A DNA stretch of 45,108 bases from a virus. Under the pieces are notes generated by a model. That model ran no database searches, was not told where the DNA came from, and saw nothing but the letters and a program-made list of their open reading frames with translations. Numbering within the stretch: position 1 is the stretch's first letter; every line of letters begins with the position of its first letter. Positions 26,178-37,553 of the stretch are shown here, in pieces. A program made the translations under genes and the position numbers. The stretch lies in UHGV virus genome UHGV-0324336. One strand, written 5' to 3'.

Positions 26178-29100
26178 TCAGCTGATACTGATGCCTGCGG
26201 TGGCTTTCTTCATCACCACAACCAGCAAATCGCTGATACTTGCTGTGGGATACCAGTCATTTACCAGCCATGCTGACACCGAAAACTCCAGCGTCATGTG
26301 ACCGTGACCGGCAGGCATATCAATAACGCCACTGTAAATCAGCGTATTATCCAGCGCGGTACGGTTATAAATTTCAGCACCGTTTTTCCGCACTATCAGA
26401 CGGCATGAGGAGTAAATATCAGTATGCTCTCTCTCATGTTTAGCGCCGCTGAATGCCACCGCCGGAATAACAATCTGCCGGTCAAACGGCTGATCGTCAT
26501 AAATCCTGACGGTAATGGTCCCTGATGGCCACCGTTCCGGTGCACGGGAGTCCCGGGGGAAAGCTTTGCCCACTGTTTTAACGAGATCGCCTTCAATCTG
26601 GTTCGCGGACAGTTTTCCCAGAACCCGGCAGTTCTCGTTAATCGTGACGTTGTTGAGCGTCCCGGAGTTCGCATTCACGTTACCGCTGATATCGGCATTT
26701 TTCGCCGTCAGCCGCCCGTCCGGTGTCAGGGAAAATGCCGGAGGATTACCGCCGCTGGTAATGGTGGGAGCCGTCAGATATTTCAGGAACACTTCATTCA
26801 TAAATATCTGATCGCCCTGACCAACAAACATCGGCTTTGTGTTGCCATTCGCAGGATTAACCATCGCAATCCTGTCCGCCGCCAGCAGCACCTGACTCTG
26901 CATGCCGTCAGGGGTGTTCTCAATACCGGCACCAATACCCGCGATATAAAGGCGTCCGTCCTGCATCTGCTGCAGCTTCACAGCCCACATGCTGTTCAGG
27001 TTATTATTTGTATCAACCTGAACCTTCTGTATCTGCTGAATTGCCGCACTCTGGTCTTCCAGTTTCTTATTGACGGTCTGCGTGATTTCATTGCTGACAT
27101 CCGTAATGGACGTCCTGATTTCAGCCAGGTCAGGCGCAAGCTGACCGTTATCAATCTGCGTCCACAGCTCCTGAGCCAGATGGCTTTTCCCTATCTCGCC
27201 TTTGAAAAAATCCAGATAGCCGGATGCATCATCACTCGGCTGGCCAACAGCCTCCACAAATGCCGATTTGCCAACGGTGTTCACACTGCGGATGTAAAAA
27301 TAATAATCATGGCCCGGTTTGATATTGATACTGGCAGCTATCCAGTACAGCGCCGTGCCAAGATAGCGGGCTGTGGTTTCAACCTGCCTGATATCCGCAA
27401 TCCGCTTTTCCGAGAACCAGAACTCAAACTGTACCGTCGGATCATAAACGGCAAGATGCGGCGTGGCGGTTATCTGAAAATAGCCCGGCGTCAGCTCAAT
27501 CCGCGACGGCGCTGCCGGTGCGGCAATACGGAACGATACCGATGCCGGATCGCCCTGCTGCCCCCAGGCATTTGCCGCCCGGACTGTCAGCCTGTAGTTT
27601 CCCAGCGCCAGTTGCGTGAAGCGGTATGTGGTTTCCGTCGTCCGGGCCGTGCTGACCAGCCGCTCACTGCCGTCATCCGCTGCCACGGTCAGGCGAAGCA
27701 GGAAGCTCACGCCCTTCACCACCTTCGGTGTGTCCCATCGCGCCAGCACCTGATATTCCCCGCTGTCTGCAGTGACTTCTGCGGTCAGGTGCTGCACCGC
27801 TGGCGGCGTGACACCATTCACCGTGCCACTCTGTTCGCCGTCAAAGTGCGCCCCGTTATCCACGATGGCCTCTTTTTCCGGCACATGCTGCACGGCGGTG
27901 ATGGCATACGTGCCGTCGTCGTTCTCACGGATACTCACGCAGCGGAACAGTCGCTGGCGCAGCGTCGGCAGCTTCAGCCCCCATACGCTGTATTCAGCAA
28001 CACCGTCAGGAACACGGCTCACTTTTACCTTCACGCCGTCGGTGACGGACTGAACCTCCACGCTGACCGGATTGCCACTTCCGTCAACCAGGCTTATCAG
28101 CGTGGTACCGGAGGATGGCAGCGTGATTTCACGGTCGAGCGTCAGCGTCCGGGTCTGGCTGTTCACCGCCAGCACGCGACCACCGGTGCTGATACCGGCA
28201 TAGTCATCATCGCAGATTTCAATAACATCGCCCGGCACATGGCGAAGCCCTTCTGCGCCCACGCTGAAATCCACGGTCTGCGTTTCCAGCAGTTCCGTTT
28301 TAATCAGCCACAGCCCGGCGCGGTGTGCCTGCCCCCGGCTGGTACAGCCAAAGGCATCCATCTTCGTGACATTACGACCGTAACGGGCAATGGCCTGCGT
28401 ATCTTCAACAAGCTCTGTCGCCGTCTCCCAGCCGTTGTTCGGGTCAATCCAGTTCACCTCAACGGCATTATGGCGGTCCTTCAGGGCGCTGAAGCTGTAG
28501 CGGAACGGCGCGCCATCATCCGGCATCACCACATTACTGCGGTTATAGGTCCACACCTTATCCGACTGTCGGTCCTGCACGAACGTCAGCGTCTGCCCGT
28601 TCCATACCGGCATACAGCGCATCGCCGAGCAGAAATCACTGAGCACATCCCACGCCTTGCGCTGTGTGGTCAGGTACGCATTACAGGTGATGCGCGGCTC
28701 CGTGCCGCCAAAGCCGTCCGGCACTGACTGGTCGCAGTACTGGCCGATGACATACAGCGCCCATTTGTCCACATCCGCCGCACCAAGACGTTTCCCCATG
28801 CCGTAGCGCGGGTGGGTCAGCATATCCCACAGACACCAGGCCATGTTGTTGCTGTATGCTGGTTTTAACGTTCCGTCCCAGATACCGCTGTATTGTCGCG
28901 TCTGTGGGTTATAGTTCGACGGCACCTGCAGAATGCGCCCGCGAAGATGATAATTACGGCTCACCTGCTGGCTGCCGAACTGCTCCGAGTCCACCTGTAC
29001 GCCGACCAGTGCCGTGTTCGGGTAGCACTGTTTCACATCGATGATCTCGGTGTATGACGACCAGAGCGTTTTGTTCTGCAGCTGGTCTGTGGTGCTGTCC

Positions 29101-29657
29101 GGCGTCATCCTGCGCATCCGGATATTGAACGGGCGCGGCGGCAGGTTATCCACCACCACCGAGGCCAGATACTGCGAGGTGGTTTTGCCCTTAATGGTGA
29201 TGTCTTTTTCCGTCACCCAGCCACCGTTACGCTGTATCTGAACCAGCAGGCGGACTTCCGACGGATTCCTGTCTCCCTTTGAGGTGGTTTCCACCAGTGC
29301 CTGTACACCGAAGGTAAAGCGCAGACGGTCGATGTTTGCCGACGTGATGGTCCGGGTGATCGGCGTTTCATATTTCACTTCCGTACCGAGCACCGTCTCG
29401 GAACCGGAGGATTCAAATCCCTCCGGCGGTGACTGCTCCTGCTCACCTGCCCGGAACACCACCGTGACGCCGGAGATATTGGTATTCCCCTCACTGTCCA
29501 GCACCGGCGTACTGTTCAGCAGCACGCTTTTTAATCCATCCACCGGACCTTCAATCGGCCCTTCGCTGATGGCATCAATCGCACTCAACAGCTGCGTGGA
29601 TTTCAGGTTATCTTTCGCTTCGCGCGGGGTATGCCCCTTACTGCTGCCTTTACCCAT
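26178..29657 (-). CDS. J: tail tip/central fibre protein J (lambda-like N-terminal ~1000 aa, divergent C-terminal receptor-binding region)
   Basis: Starts [24 protein letters not shown]… as lambda J; 1159 aa vs 1132 in lambda; C-terminal ~150 aa differ from recalled lambda J. Confidence 0.9.
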   Translation of the reverse strand: MGKGSSKGHTPREAKDNLKSTQLLSAIDAISEGPIEGPVDGLKSVLLNSTPVLDSEGNTNISGVTVVFRAGEQEQSPPEGFESSGSETVLGTEVKYETPITRTITSANIDRLRFTFGVQALVETTSKGDRNPSEVRLLVQIQRNGGWVTEKDITIKGKTTSQYLASVVVDNLPPRPFNIRMRRMTPDSTTDQLQNKTLWSSYTEIIDVKQCYPNTALVGVQVDSEQFGSQQVSRNYHLRGRILQVPSNYNPQTRQYSGIWDGTLKPAYSNNMAWCLWDMLTHPRYGMGKRLGAADVDKWALYVIGQYCDQSVPDGFGGTEPRITCNAYLTTQRKAWDVLSDFCSAMRCMPVWNGQTLTFVQDRQSDKVWTYNRSNVVMPDDGAPFRYSFSALKDRHNAVEVNWIDPNNGWETATELVEDTQAIARYGRNVTKMDAFGCTSRGQAHRAGLWLIKTELLETQTVDFSVGAEGLRHVPGDVIEICDDDYAGISTGGRVLAVNSQTRTLTLDREITLPSSGTTLISLVDGSGNPVSVEVQSVTDGVKVKVSRVPDGVAEYSVWGLKLPTLRQRLFRCVSIRENDDGTYAITAVQHVPEKEAIVDNGAHFDGEQSGTVNGVTPPAVQHLTAEVTADSGEYQVLARWDTPKVVKGVSFLLRLTVAADDGSERLVSTARTTETTYRFTQLALGNYRLTVRAANAWGQQGDPASVSFRIAAPAAPSRIELTPGYFQITATPHLAVYDPTVQFEFWFSEKRIADIRQVETTARYLGTALYWIAASINIKPGHDYYFYIRSVNTVGKSAFVEAVGQPSDDASGYLDFFKGEIGKSHLAQELWTQIDNGQLAPDLAEIRTSITDVSNEITQTVNKKLEDQSAAIQQIQKVQVDTNNNLNSMWAVKLQQMQDGRLYIAGIGAGIENTPDGMQSQVLLAADRIAMVNPANGNTKPMFVGQGDQIFMNEVFLKYLTAPTITSGGNPPAFSLTPDGRLTAKNADISGNVNANSGTLNNVTINENCRVLGKLSANQIEGDLVKTVGKAFPRDSRAPERWPSGTITVRIYDDQPFDRQIVIPAVAFSGAKHEREHTDIYSSCRLIVRKNGAEIYNRTALDNTLIYSGVIDMPAGHGHMTLEFSVSAWLVNDWYPTASISDLLVVVMKKATAGISIS

Positions 29658-29717
29658 TCGTCATGCTCCATAAACGACAAAACCGCCCGGAGGCGGTTTC
29701 ACATAAAACATTTTGCA

Positions 29718-30389
29718 TCAGCGACCAATCACCACAACCTGACCACCGTCCCCTTCGTCTGCCGTGCTGATCTCCTGAGAAACCACCCGCGACCCCACAC
29801 GCATTTCACCGTACAGAACAGGCAGAACATTGCCCTGAGCAACCATGTTATCCAGTGAGGAAAAATAGGTGTTCTGTTTGCCGTTATCCGTTGTCTGTGT
29901 ACGGGGAGTTCTGGCTTTCGGTGCCAGCATCTGCGCCACACCACCGAGCACCATACTGGCACCGAGAGAAAACAGGATGCCGGTCATACCACCGGCCCCA
30001 ATGGCTGCCCCCCATGCTGCAAGGGTGGCTCCGGCAGTAAAGAATGATCCGGCAATGGCGGCAGCTCCCAGGACAATCTGGAATACACCACCTGACTTGG
30101 CCCCGGCGACTCTGGGAACAATATGAATCACAGCGCCATCAGGCAGAGTCTCATGTAACTGAGCCGTTAATCCGGACGTGCTGACATCCCGCCCGGCAAT
30201 CCGTACCTGATACCAGCCGTCGCTCAGTTTCTGACGAAACGCCGGGAGCTGTGTGGCCAGCGCCCGGATAGCTTCAGCCCCCGTTTTCACACGAAGATCG
30301 ATGCGGCGGCCAAATCGTTGCAAATCCCCGTAAAGGCAGATGCGTGCCATGCCCGGTGACGCCAGAGGGAGTGTGTGCGTCGCTGCCAT
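29718..30389 (-). CDS. I: tail assembly protein I
   Basis: 223 aa; coordinates fit lambda map; ubiquitin-like N-terminus and Gly/Ala-rich C-terminus. Confidence 0.9.
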   Translation of the reverse strand: MAATHTLPLASPGMARICLYGDLQRFGRRIDLRVKTGAEAIRALATQLPAFRQKLSDGWYQVRIAGRDVSTSGLTAQLHETLPDGAVIHIVPRVAGAKSGGVFQIVLGAAAIAGSFFTAGATLAAWGAAIGAGGMTGILFSLGASMVLGGVAQMLAPKARTPRTQTTDNGKQNTYFSSLDNMVAQGNVLPVLYGEMRVGSRVVSQEISTADEGDGGQVVVIGR

Positions 30390-31030
30390 TTGTCGGTATA
30401 CCTCTCTCGTTTGCTCAGTTGTTCAGGAATATGGTGCAGCAGCTCGCCATCACCACAGTAAATGGCGGCATGATTCGGCACCGATGAACCAAAACAGCAC
30501 AGCAGCACATCGCCCGGTTGTGCTGATGACAACGGCACCTGATACAGCCCTGTGGCCTCCAGATTATCCAGATAGAGATTCTGACCGTGACGCCACCAGT
30601 CATCCTCGCGATGAAAATCCGGCATCTCAATCCCCGCCAGATGATAAGCATCCCGGAACAGCGTGTAACAGTCCGTCACCCCGTGCTCAAAGCGCCGCCC
30701 GGTGAGATGCGGCACACAGAGGAACTTATGAATCGTCCCCCGGCAGACCAGCCACCACGGCAAATCACTCTGCACCTGCAGCCGCCGGTCGGCTTCACTC
30801 AGCCAGGGCAGACCACCGGGATGGCTGTGGACCAGCGCGACAATCTCACCCTGCATCTCTGCCTGCAGCCAGTCCTCCGGCGACATACGGAAATACGCCT
30901 CCGGCTCACCGGAGATATTCACGCAGGGAAAATATCTTTCCCCCTCCGGCGTTCTCACCACGAAGCCGCACGACTCCGCTGGCGCACATCGCCGGGCGTG
31001 CGCCAGAATCGCTGATTCTGTCTCTGTCAT
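30287..31030 (-). CDS. K: tail assembly protein K (MPN/JAMM + NlpC/P60-like); annotated lambda start would be 30886
   Basis: Extended ORF includes JAMM-type HSHPGG motif; lambda K usually annotated as 199 aa from the internal ATG. Confidence 0.85.
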   Translation of the reverse strand: MTETESAILAHARRCAPAESCGFVVRTPEGERYFPCVNISGEPEAYFRMSPEDWLQAEMQGEIVALVHSHPGGLPWLSEADRRLQVQSDLPWWLVCRGTIHKFLCVPHLTGRRFEHGVTDCYTLFRDAYHLAGIEMPDFHREDDWWRHGQNLYLDNLEATGLYQVPLSSAQPGDVLLCCFGSSVPNHAAIYCGDGELLHHIPEQLSKRERYTDKWQRRTHSLWRHRAWHASAFTGICNDLAAASIFV

Positions 31031-31035
31031 GGGAT

Positions 31036-31734
31036 TTACTGCAAAAGTTTGTTAATGGAAAGGAAGCCGCCAAAGTTGCCGACGTTATTGCGAAACTTAC
31101 AGCCACTCAGGCATTTGCTGCATTTATCCTTCGTGATATCGGACGTCGGCTGGTCATATTCATCCGCGACTGCCGGACCGTTATAACCGCACTCATCACC
31201 GCGATAGGTCCAGGTGCAGGTGTTGGCCAGCATGATGCGCCCCGGAAAAACGGCACCATCCGTTTCCGTCGGCGTGGACAGTACAAAAGAGGCACTGACC
31301 GCGCTCAGTTCGCTGCACTGCTCGATGCGCCAGCGGCTGATCACCTCCTGCTCCGGATCGGCGTCGCTGTTTCCGTTGACGAAGTTCACCGCATCCAGAA
31401 AACGGGCGTAAACCTTACGCCGGACCACCGTTCCGCCGACCAGACTCTGCAGATCTTCCACCATCCCGGTGACCATACCGTACAGGTTAGAAACCGTCAG
31501 CGTGGGGCGCGTACTGGCGCCTTTGCCATTCAGTTCAAAACCACTCCCCTGAATGGGATACGGCTGATACTGTCGCCCCTGCCAGGTGACCGGCTCACCT
31601 TTTTCGTTCTGCTCATTACAGAAAAAATAACGCTCTCCACCGACCTCTGTCAGATCGATTTCCCAGAGCACCACGCTGGCCGACTGCTCCGCACGGGTGC
31701 ATTCATTCAGTGTTTCCTGTTGGATATCCTGCAT
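31036..31734 (-). CDS. L: tail tip protein L
   Basis: 232 aa; lambda-like sequence and coordinate fit. Confidence 0.9.
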   Translation of the reverse strand: MQDIQQETLNECTRAEQSASVVLWEIDLTEVGGERYFFCNEQNEKGEPVTWQGRQYQPYPIQGSGFELNGKGASTRPTLTVSNLYGMVTGMVEDLQSLVGGTVVRRKVYARFLDAVNFVNGNSDADPEQEVISRWRIEQCSELSAVSASFVLSTPTETDGAVFPGRIMLANTCTWTYRGDECGYNGPAVADEYDQPTSDITKDKCSKCLSGCKFRNNVGNFGGFLSINKLLQ

Positions 31735-32063
31735 CAGTTCACCACCTGTTCAAACTCTGCGCTGAACTCAACACGCAACATACTGACCCGCGACGACCAT
31801 TTTGCGCAGGTCACCTTTATCTGCCGGTAGCCATAAGGCGGCGTCCACAGAAAGGCCTTCCAGCCCCCGTGCTCAGCCAGAAACGACTCCAGCGCCGCGG
31901 CCTCCCAACGGGGAACAGAAAGCGTCACGCTGTACGTTTTCAGGTCAGTGTTCAGCCCGGCAGGCGCTCGCTGGGAATAGCCATCACCAAAGCGCACCTT
32001 TCTTACGGAAGGGGCCGAAGCCACATCCATACCGGGTTTCACTTTCCAGCGGAAGGTTTTCAT
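31734..32063 (-). CDS. M: tail tip protein M
   Basis: 109 aa; lambda-like; overlaps H stop. Confidence 0.9.
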   Translation of the reverse strand: MKTFRWKVKPGMDVASAPSVRKVRFGDGYSQRAPAGLNTDLKTYSVTLSVPRWEAAALESFLAEHGGWKAFLWTPPYGYRQIKVTCAKWSSRVSMLRVEFSAEFEQVVN

Positions 32064-34621
32064 CGTCCACCTCCGGAGAACAGACCACCATCGCGCATCT
32101 GCCCGGTCACAACATCCATTGCCGCCTTACGGGCTACGTCATAAACAGCCTTCAGCGCCTGTGGCCCTATCTGACCGTTCGTGCCGTCGTTGTTAATCAC
32201 CACATGGTTATTCTGCTCAAACGTCCCGGACGCCTGCGACCGGCTGTCCGCCATGCTGCCCGGTGTACCGACATAACCACCGGTGGCATAGCCGCGCATC
32301 AGCCGGTAGAGATTCCCCACGCCAATCCGGCTGGTTGCCTCCTTCGTGAAGACAAATTCACCGCGGTGAACAATCCCCGCAGGCTCATATTTGCCGCCGG
32401 TTCCCGTAAATCCCCCGGTCGCAAAATGGAATTTCGCCGCAGCGGCCTGAATGGCTGTACCGCCTGACGCTGATGCGTCACCACCGACAGCACCGCCAAT
32501 GACACTGCCCACACTCCCGACGATCCCCACCATTGCCTGCTTAAGCAGAATTTCTGTCATCATGGACAGCACGGAACGGGTGAAGCTGCGCCAGTTCTGC
32601 TCACTGCCGGTCAGCATCGCCGCCATATTCTGCGCAATACCATCAAAGGTCTGCGTGGCTGCACTTTTAACCTGCGACATACTGTCCGTGGCACTCTCTT
32701 TCCACTCGCTCCAGCCGGACTTGAGGCCAGCCATCCAGTTCCCGCGAAGCAGGTCTTCAGCCGCCCAGGTCTTTTTCTGCTCTGACATGACGTTATTCAG
32801 CGCCAGAGGATTATCGCCATACTGTTCCTTCAGGCGCTGTTCTGTGGCTTCCCGTTCTGCCTGCCGGTCAGTCAGCCCCCGGCTTTTCGCATCAATGGCG
32901 GCCCGTTTTGCCCGTTGCTGCTGTGCGAATTTATCCGCCTGCTGCGCCAGCGCGTTCAGGCGCTCCTGATACGTAACCTTGTCGCCAAGTGCAGCCAGCT
33001 GGCGTTTGTACTCCAGCGTCTCATCTTTATGCGCCAGCAGGGATTTCTCCTGTGCAGACAGCTGGCGACGTTGCGCCGCCTCCTCCAGTACCGCGAACTG
33101 ACTCTCCGCCTTCCACAAATCCCGGCGCTGCTGGCTGATTTTCTCATTTGCTCCGGCATGCTTCTCCAGCGTCCGGAGTTCAGCCTGAAGCGTCAGCAGG
33201 GCAGCATGAGCATTGTCTTCCTGACGATCGCCCGCAGACACCTTCACGCCGGACTGTTTCGGCTTTTTCAGCGTCGCTTCATAGTCCTTTTTCGCCGCCG
33301 CCATCAGTGTGTTGTAATCTGCCTGCAGAATTTTCCCGTCCTTCAGTGCCTTATTCAGTTCTTCCTGACGGGCGGTATATTTCTCCAGCGGCGTCTGCAG
33401 TCGTTCGTAAGCCTTCTGCGCCTCTTCGGTATATTTCAGCCGTGACGCTTCGGTATCGCTCTGCTGCTGCGCATTTTTGTCCTGTTGACTCTGCTGTTCA
33501 GCCTTCTTTCGGGCGGCTTCAAGCGCAAGACGGGCCTTTTCACGATCATCCCAGTAACGCGCCCGCGCTTCATCGTTAACAAAATAATCATCCTTGCGCA
33601 GATTCCAGATGTCGTCCGCTTTCTTAAACGCAGCCTCTGCCTTAATCAGCATCTCCTGAGCGGTATCAGGACGACCAATATCCAGCACCGCATCCCACAT
33701 GGATTTGAATGCCCGTGCTGTCCTGTCTGCCCAGGTTTCCAGCGTGCCCATGTTCTCTTTCAGGCGTCGGGTCTGGTCATCAAACCCTTTCGTTGCGGCC
33801 TCGTTCGCCGCCTGCAATGCCCCGGCTTCATCGCCGGAACGCTGCAACTGAGCAACATACGCAATCTGTTCCGCCGTCACGTTATGGAACTGGCGTGCCA
33901 TCGCCGTCAACCCCGACGTCGGGTCTGTGGTCAGCTTCCCGAAGGCTTCAGCGACCTTGTCCACCTCCACACCGGATGCAGAGGAGAAACGCGCCACACT
34001 CTGACTGATGGACGCAATCTGAGCCTCACCGCTTACCCCCGCCTTAACCAGTGCGCTGAGTGACTCGCTGGTCTGGTTAAACGTCAGCCCTGCCGCCTGC
34101 CCGGCTCTGGACAGGACCAGCATACGATCTGCCGTCAGACCTGACTGATGACCGGAAAGGACCAGCGTTTTGTTGAAATCGGACAGGGTTGAGTTGCCCT
34201 GATACCAGGCATACGCCAGCGCCCCTGTAGCCACCGCCAGCGAGGTGGCCCCGACCATCGGCAGGGTGATCGCACCGGCAAGCCCCCTGAACATGGGGAT
34301 CATCCCGCCGAAGGAGTCCTTCACCTGACCACCCTGTTGCAGCAGGATCAGCCACGGACTTTGCCCGCCTGCAAGCTGCGTGGCCACGTCGGTGAACTGT
34401 GCAGGCAGCATACGCATGGCTGCTTTATACTGCCCGACGGAAATCCCCGCTTTCTGTGCAGCCAGCGCCTGTCGGCTCAGCGACTGTTCAACGACTGCCG
34501 CTGTTTTTTTCGCATCAGTTTCCGTACCGGAAAAATGACGCCTGACTCTGGCCATCTGCTCGTCAAATCTGGCCGCATCCAGACTTAAATCAACGACCAG
34601 ATCGCCTACCGGTTCAGCCAT
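32060..34621 (-). CDS. H: tail tape-measure protein H
   Basis: 853 aa, same length as lambda H; coiled-coil-rich. Confidence 0.95.
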   Translation of the reverse strand: MAEPVGDLVVDLSLDAARFDEQMARVRRHFSGTETDAKKTAAVVEQSLSRQALAAQKAGISVGQYKAAMRMLPAQFTDVATQLAGGQSPWLILLQQGGQVKDSFGGMIPMFRGLAGAITLPMVGATSLAVATGALAYAWYQGNSTLSDFNKTLVLSGHQSGLTADRMLVLSRAGQAAGLTFNQTSESLSALVKAGVSGEAQIASISQSVARFSSASGVEVDKVAEAFGKLTTDPTSGLTAMARQFHNVTAEQIAYVAQLQRSGDEAGALQAANEAATKGFDDQTRRLKENMGTLETWADRTARAFKSMWDAVLDIGRPDTAQEMLIKAEAAFKKADDIWNLRKDDYFVNDEARARYWDDREKARLALEAARKKAEQQSQQDKNAQQQSDTEASRLKYTEEAQKAYERLQTPLEKYTARQEELNKALKDGKILQADYNTLMAAAKKDYEATLKKPKQSGVKVSAGDRQEDNAHAALLTLQAELRTLEKHAGANEKISQQRRDLWKAESQFAVLEEAAQRRQLSAQEKSLLAHKDETLEYKRQLAALGDKVTYQERLNALAQQADKFAQQQRAKRAAIDAKSRGLTDRQAEREATEQRLKEQYGDNPLALNNVMSEQKKTWAAEDLLRGNWMAGLKSGWSEWKESATDSMSQVKSAATQTFDGIAQNMAAMLTGSEQNWRSFTRSVLSMMTEILLKQAMVGIVGSVGSVIGGAVGGDASASGGTAIQAAAAKFHFATGGFTGTGGKYEPAGIVHRGEFVFTKEATSRIGVGNLYRLMRGYATGGYVGTPGSMADSRSQASGTFEQNNHVVINNDGTNGQIGPQALKAVYDVARKAAMDVVTGQMRDGGLFSGGGR

Positions 34622-35048
34622 ACCGGACTCCTCCTGCGATCCCTTCTGATACTGTCATCAGCATTACGTCATCCTCCGTCATGTCCGCCACATCCGGGGA
34701 AGCGGGGATAACTTCATTCCCGTCCGGGCCAAAACGAACGCCTCCGGCAAGCCCTGCCGCTTTCTGCATCAGCACATCATCTTCAGGCTCTTCGTCAGCC
34801 TCACACCGGTTCAGCAGACTGAAATCCAGCGGATGCATCTCCGGATCGCTGAAAAACAGGCTGAGCACGGTGTACGTCAGCCCGGAAAAGTGCATATCCA
34901 GCAGAACATCATGAAAATAATGGGTACTGTAAAAACGGTGCCAGTCGGCATACTCCGTGGATGACATCCCGGCAAGCATGGCGCGCCAGTCGGGTCGCCC
35001 CATCTCACGCGCCAGTTTCAGGGCAAAACTCAGCTCACCGTCGAACAC
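34614..35048 (-). CDS. T: T segment of the G-T tail assembly chaperone (expressed by -1 frameshift from G)
   Basis: ORF in -1 frame relative to G, overlapping G 3' end; slippery heptamer present. Confidence 0.85.
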   Translation of the reverse strand: MFDGELSFALKLAREMGRPDWRAMLAGMSSTEYADWHRFYSTHYFHDVLLDMHFSGLTYTVLSLFFSDPEMHPLDFSLLNRCEADEEPEDDVLMQKAAGLAGGVRFGPDGNEVIPASPDVADMTEDDVMLMTVSEGIAGGVRYG

Positions 35049-35443
35049 TTTCCCGCAGAAACAGGCTCTGCAGGCCCGGCGTCCTCTGCCTGTTCAGGGG
35101 CATTATTCACCACAAACTCATACATACCGGACAGCCGGTACACCACGTTTTCAGCATGAGAAATTGCCTCTGTGGGCCAGGTGGTAAGCACTTCCTGCTC
35201 AATCTGTTTAACGGCTTCATTCATGGACGGCATCTGCGTCTTCTTCGGATGGTTATGCCACAGAGACATCGCCACCACAAAAGCGCCGGTTCTGATGACG
35301 TCTTCCACAGTAAACTTCCGGTTACTGTCGGATTCTGCCTGCTGTTTCATCAGGGCGAGATGCTCAATACGCTGCAGGGCTGACAGTTCAGAAAGCGTGA
35401 CGGTCACGCCGTTATATTCAAATGATTCGGTTTTCAGGAACAT
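35030..35443 (-). CDS. G: tail assembly chaperone G
   Basis: 137 aa (lambda G 140 aa; apparent 9-nt difference from the lambda map). Confidence 0.9.
   Translation of the reverse strand: MFLKTESFEYNGVTVTLSELSALQRIEHLALMKQQAESDSNRKFTVEDVIRTGAFVVAMSLWHNHPKKTQMPSMNEAVKQIEQEVLTTWPTEAISHAENVVYRLSGMYEFVVNNAPEQAEDAGPAEPVSAGKCSTVS
35048..35054 (-). promoter_or_regulatory. programmed -1 ribosomal frameshift slippery site G GGA AAG (G to G-T)
   Basis: Plus-strand CTTTCCC = minus-strand GGGAAAG at the G/T overlap, as in lambda. Confidence 0.8.
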
Positions 35444-35458
35444 CGCTGACTCTCCGGA

Positions 35459-36199
35459 TTAACTGGCGGTGACGGTGATTTCTGCAACCGCAGCAAACTC
35501 ACCATTACCGGATACAACCGGAATGTTGACCTTGCCTGCAGCAACGCCGTTCACGGTGATGGTCATACCACTGACCGACACGGTGGCTTTTGTTTTATCC
35601 GCAGACACCGCACGGAAGCTCTTGTCGGTTACACCTTCCGGCTGGAATGCCACGGTCAGCGTGGTGCTCTGCCCTTTCACTACGGAAGCACTGGCTGGCG
35701 TTACCTTCATGCCGGTTGCTGCCGTCACCGTACTGCGATCTTCAGCCATCGACGGGCGTCCAACATTGGTGACCTTCACCGTGCGGGTGATCACTTCCTT
35801 CGCCGTCACCGCTTTACCGATACTGCTGACCCAGCCACGGAACACATCGACCGTGCCGTTCGGGAAGCGGATTTTATAGGCACGGGTATCACCTTCATTA
35901 AACCACGCCAGCAGCGCCTGCTGCCCCTGCTCTCCGGGCATCCACGCCAGCGTGAAGCTGGTATCTCCGGCTGATTTCTGCCCCTGCCCGGTCGCAGTCC
36001 AGTCTGCATCTTCATCATCGAGATAGCTGTCGTCATAGGACTCAGCGGTCAGTTCGCCGGGCGTCAGGTCTTTAACTTTTGCCAGACGCGACCAGTCAAC
36101 GTCTGAAAGCGGGTTCGCATAAGGGTCACCGTTCCCCTTATAAACCCACAGTGTGGTCCCGGCACCTTTCACCGGCATTGTTGGATTTGGTACAGGCAT
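35459..36199 (-). CDS. V: major tail protein V
   Basis: Start [22 protein letters not shown]… as lambda V; C-terminal Ig-like domain. Confidence 0.95.
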   Translation of the reverse strand: MPVPNPTMPVKGAGTTLWVYKGNGDPYANPLSDVDWSRLAKVKDLTPGELTAESYDDSYLDDEDADWTATGQGQKSAGDTSFTLAWMPGEQGQQALLAWFNEGDTRAYKIRFPNGTVDVFRGWVSSIGKAVTAKEVITRTVKVTNVGRPSMAEDRSTVTAATGMKVTPASASVVKGQSTTLTVAFQPEGVTDKSFRAVSADKTKATVSVSGMTITVNGVAAGKVNIPVVSGNGEFAAVAEITVTAS

Positions 36200-36206
36200 A
36201 GCGTCC

Positions 36207-36602
36207 TCACATTTCATAGGTAATGACATACGTCAGATCGGCTGAACTCCACAGGCCCGCATCATCGTCGCGCCGGTAGTCATAGCCACTGGCCACCATA
36301 CTGGTGATCAAATCTGACAGTGCCGGGATATCGCTCATCACCGGATAAATCCGGGACTCCATCCACGAATCCAGCTCTGAATCCGGCACCTGAGCAGGCA
36401 GGAAAACTTCAATATGCAGCTCCGCCTGCCAGGTATCGCTGTCCAGCTCTTCGCCCGTGTATTCAGCGCCGGTGAGATAAACGGCAATTGCCGGAAAATC
36501 TTCCTCATCAAAAACAGCGGGGCGACCATCAAAAAGCGTCGCCCCGGTGTCATGCTTCTCCAGTGCATCCAGTACGGCTGCACGGAGTTCAGTATGTTTC
36601 AT
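36207..36602 (-). CDS. U: tail terminator protein U
   Basis: 131 aa; lambda coordinate fit. Confidence 0.95.
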   Translation of the reverse strand: MKHTELRAAVLDALEKHDTGATLFDGRPAVFDEEDFPAIAVYLTGAEYTGEELDSDTWQAELHIEVFLPAQVPDSELDSWMESRIYPVMSDIPALSDLITSMVASGYDYRRDDDAGLWSSADLTYVITYEM

Positions 36603-37177
36603 CGCTTTATTACCATTCTCAGTTGATGCTGCAGCGCATAGCCCAGCTCTTTCGGAAGACGTTCACGCCGTATCCGTTCAATATTCTGTTTAAACGCCGT
36701 GGTAAGCGGCACCGCCATCGGGATTTTCACCACATCAATGGGGTAACGGTTTTTCCCGGCCACACGCTGCATGACATGCCACCGGCCATTTTTCAGTTGC
36801 TGAATAAACGCGCCGGGAATACGACGGTTCCCCACCACAAGCACGCTGCCGCCACCTTTCAGGGATGAACGCTGCCCCTTTTTACGACGCCTGCGGCGGG
36901 ACAGGACAACCCGCGCATTACCCAGCTTGATTACGGGCAAATCCCCCCGGTTAACTTTGATTCTGGCCTGCGGGTTTTTGACCGTGGCCCTTTTCAGCCT
37001 GGCCCTTTCCTTTACCAGTTTCCGGCGTACCTTTGTCTCACGGGCAACCTGTGACGCCGACTGCGATATCGCGGATGAAGCAACGCGGTTAATGGCCATT
37101 GCGGCGGCACCGGGCACCGCCGTTTTGCTGATACGGCTGAGGTTTTCAACGGCCTGCTCAAGACCTTTTATGGCCAT
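36599..37177 (-). CDS. Z: tail completion protein Z
   Basis: 192 aa; lambda coordinate fit. Confidence 0.95.
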   Translation of the reverse strand: MAIKGLEQAVENLSRISKTAVPGAAAMAINRVASSAISQSASQVARETKVRRKLVKERARLKRATVKNPQARIKVNRGDLPVIKLGNARVVLSRRRRRKKGQRSSLKGGGSVLVVGNRRIPGAFIQQLKNGRWHVMQRVAGKNRYPIDVVKIPMAVPLTTAFKQNIERIRRERLPKELGYALQHQLRMVIKR

Positions 37178-37188
37178 ACATCCCCCTT

Positions 37189-37542
37189 TCAGCGGCGACG
37201 GTTAACGGCAGGCGGCACGCCCCGTCCAAGCCAGAGATGACAGCTTCCGCCATCATCCGGCGAAACCCGATCTACCCAGAAATTTTCCTCACCGATGGTC
37301 AGCGTGTCTCCACGCCGCAGCTGCCGCACCTCATCAGTCCGGACAAACAGGGACGGGCTGGAGCCTTCAACGCGCACGCCCTGTCCGGCATAGCTGATAT
37401 TTTCAGGGTCATCAAAAACACCACGTATCACCGCACCGGACTGCTCACCGGATGTAATGGTTGCTGACGTTCCCATGTACCCGCGTATCGTTTCATCGGC
37501 GCGGGCAATGGCAGCATCGAACAGGTTATCGAAATCAGCCAC
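37189..37542 (-). CDS. FII: head-tail connector protein FII
   Basis: 117 aa MADFDNLFDAAIARADETIRGYMG… as lambda FII. Confidence 0.95.
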   Translation of the reverse strand: MADFDNLFDAAIARADETIRGYMGTSATITSGEQSGAVIRGVFDDPENISYAGQGVRVEGSSPSLFVRTDEVRQLRRGDTLTIGEENFWVDRVSPDDGGSCHLWLGRGVPPAVNRRR

Positions 37543-37553
37543 AGCGCCTCCCG

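Noticed and set aside
27180-28727. 515-aa plus-strand ORF
   Set aside because: Lies entirely antisense to the well-supported J gene; Arg/His-rich composition typical of a GC-rich antisense frame; no start context.
32915-34063. Several 140-190-aa plus-strand ORFs
   Set aside because: Antisense to the tape-measure gene H, which has a clear lambda-like product; no independent signals.
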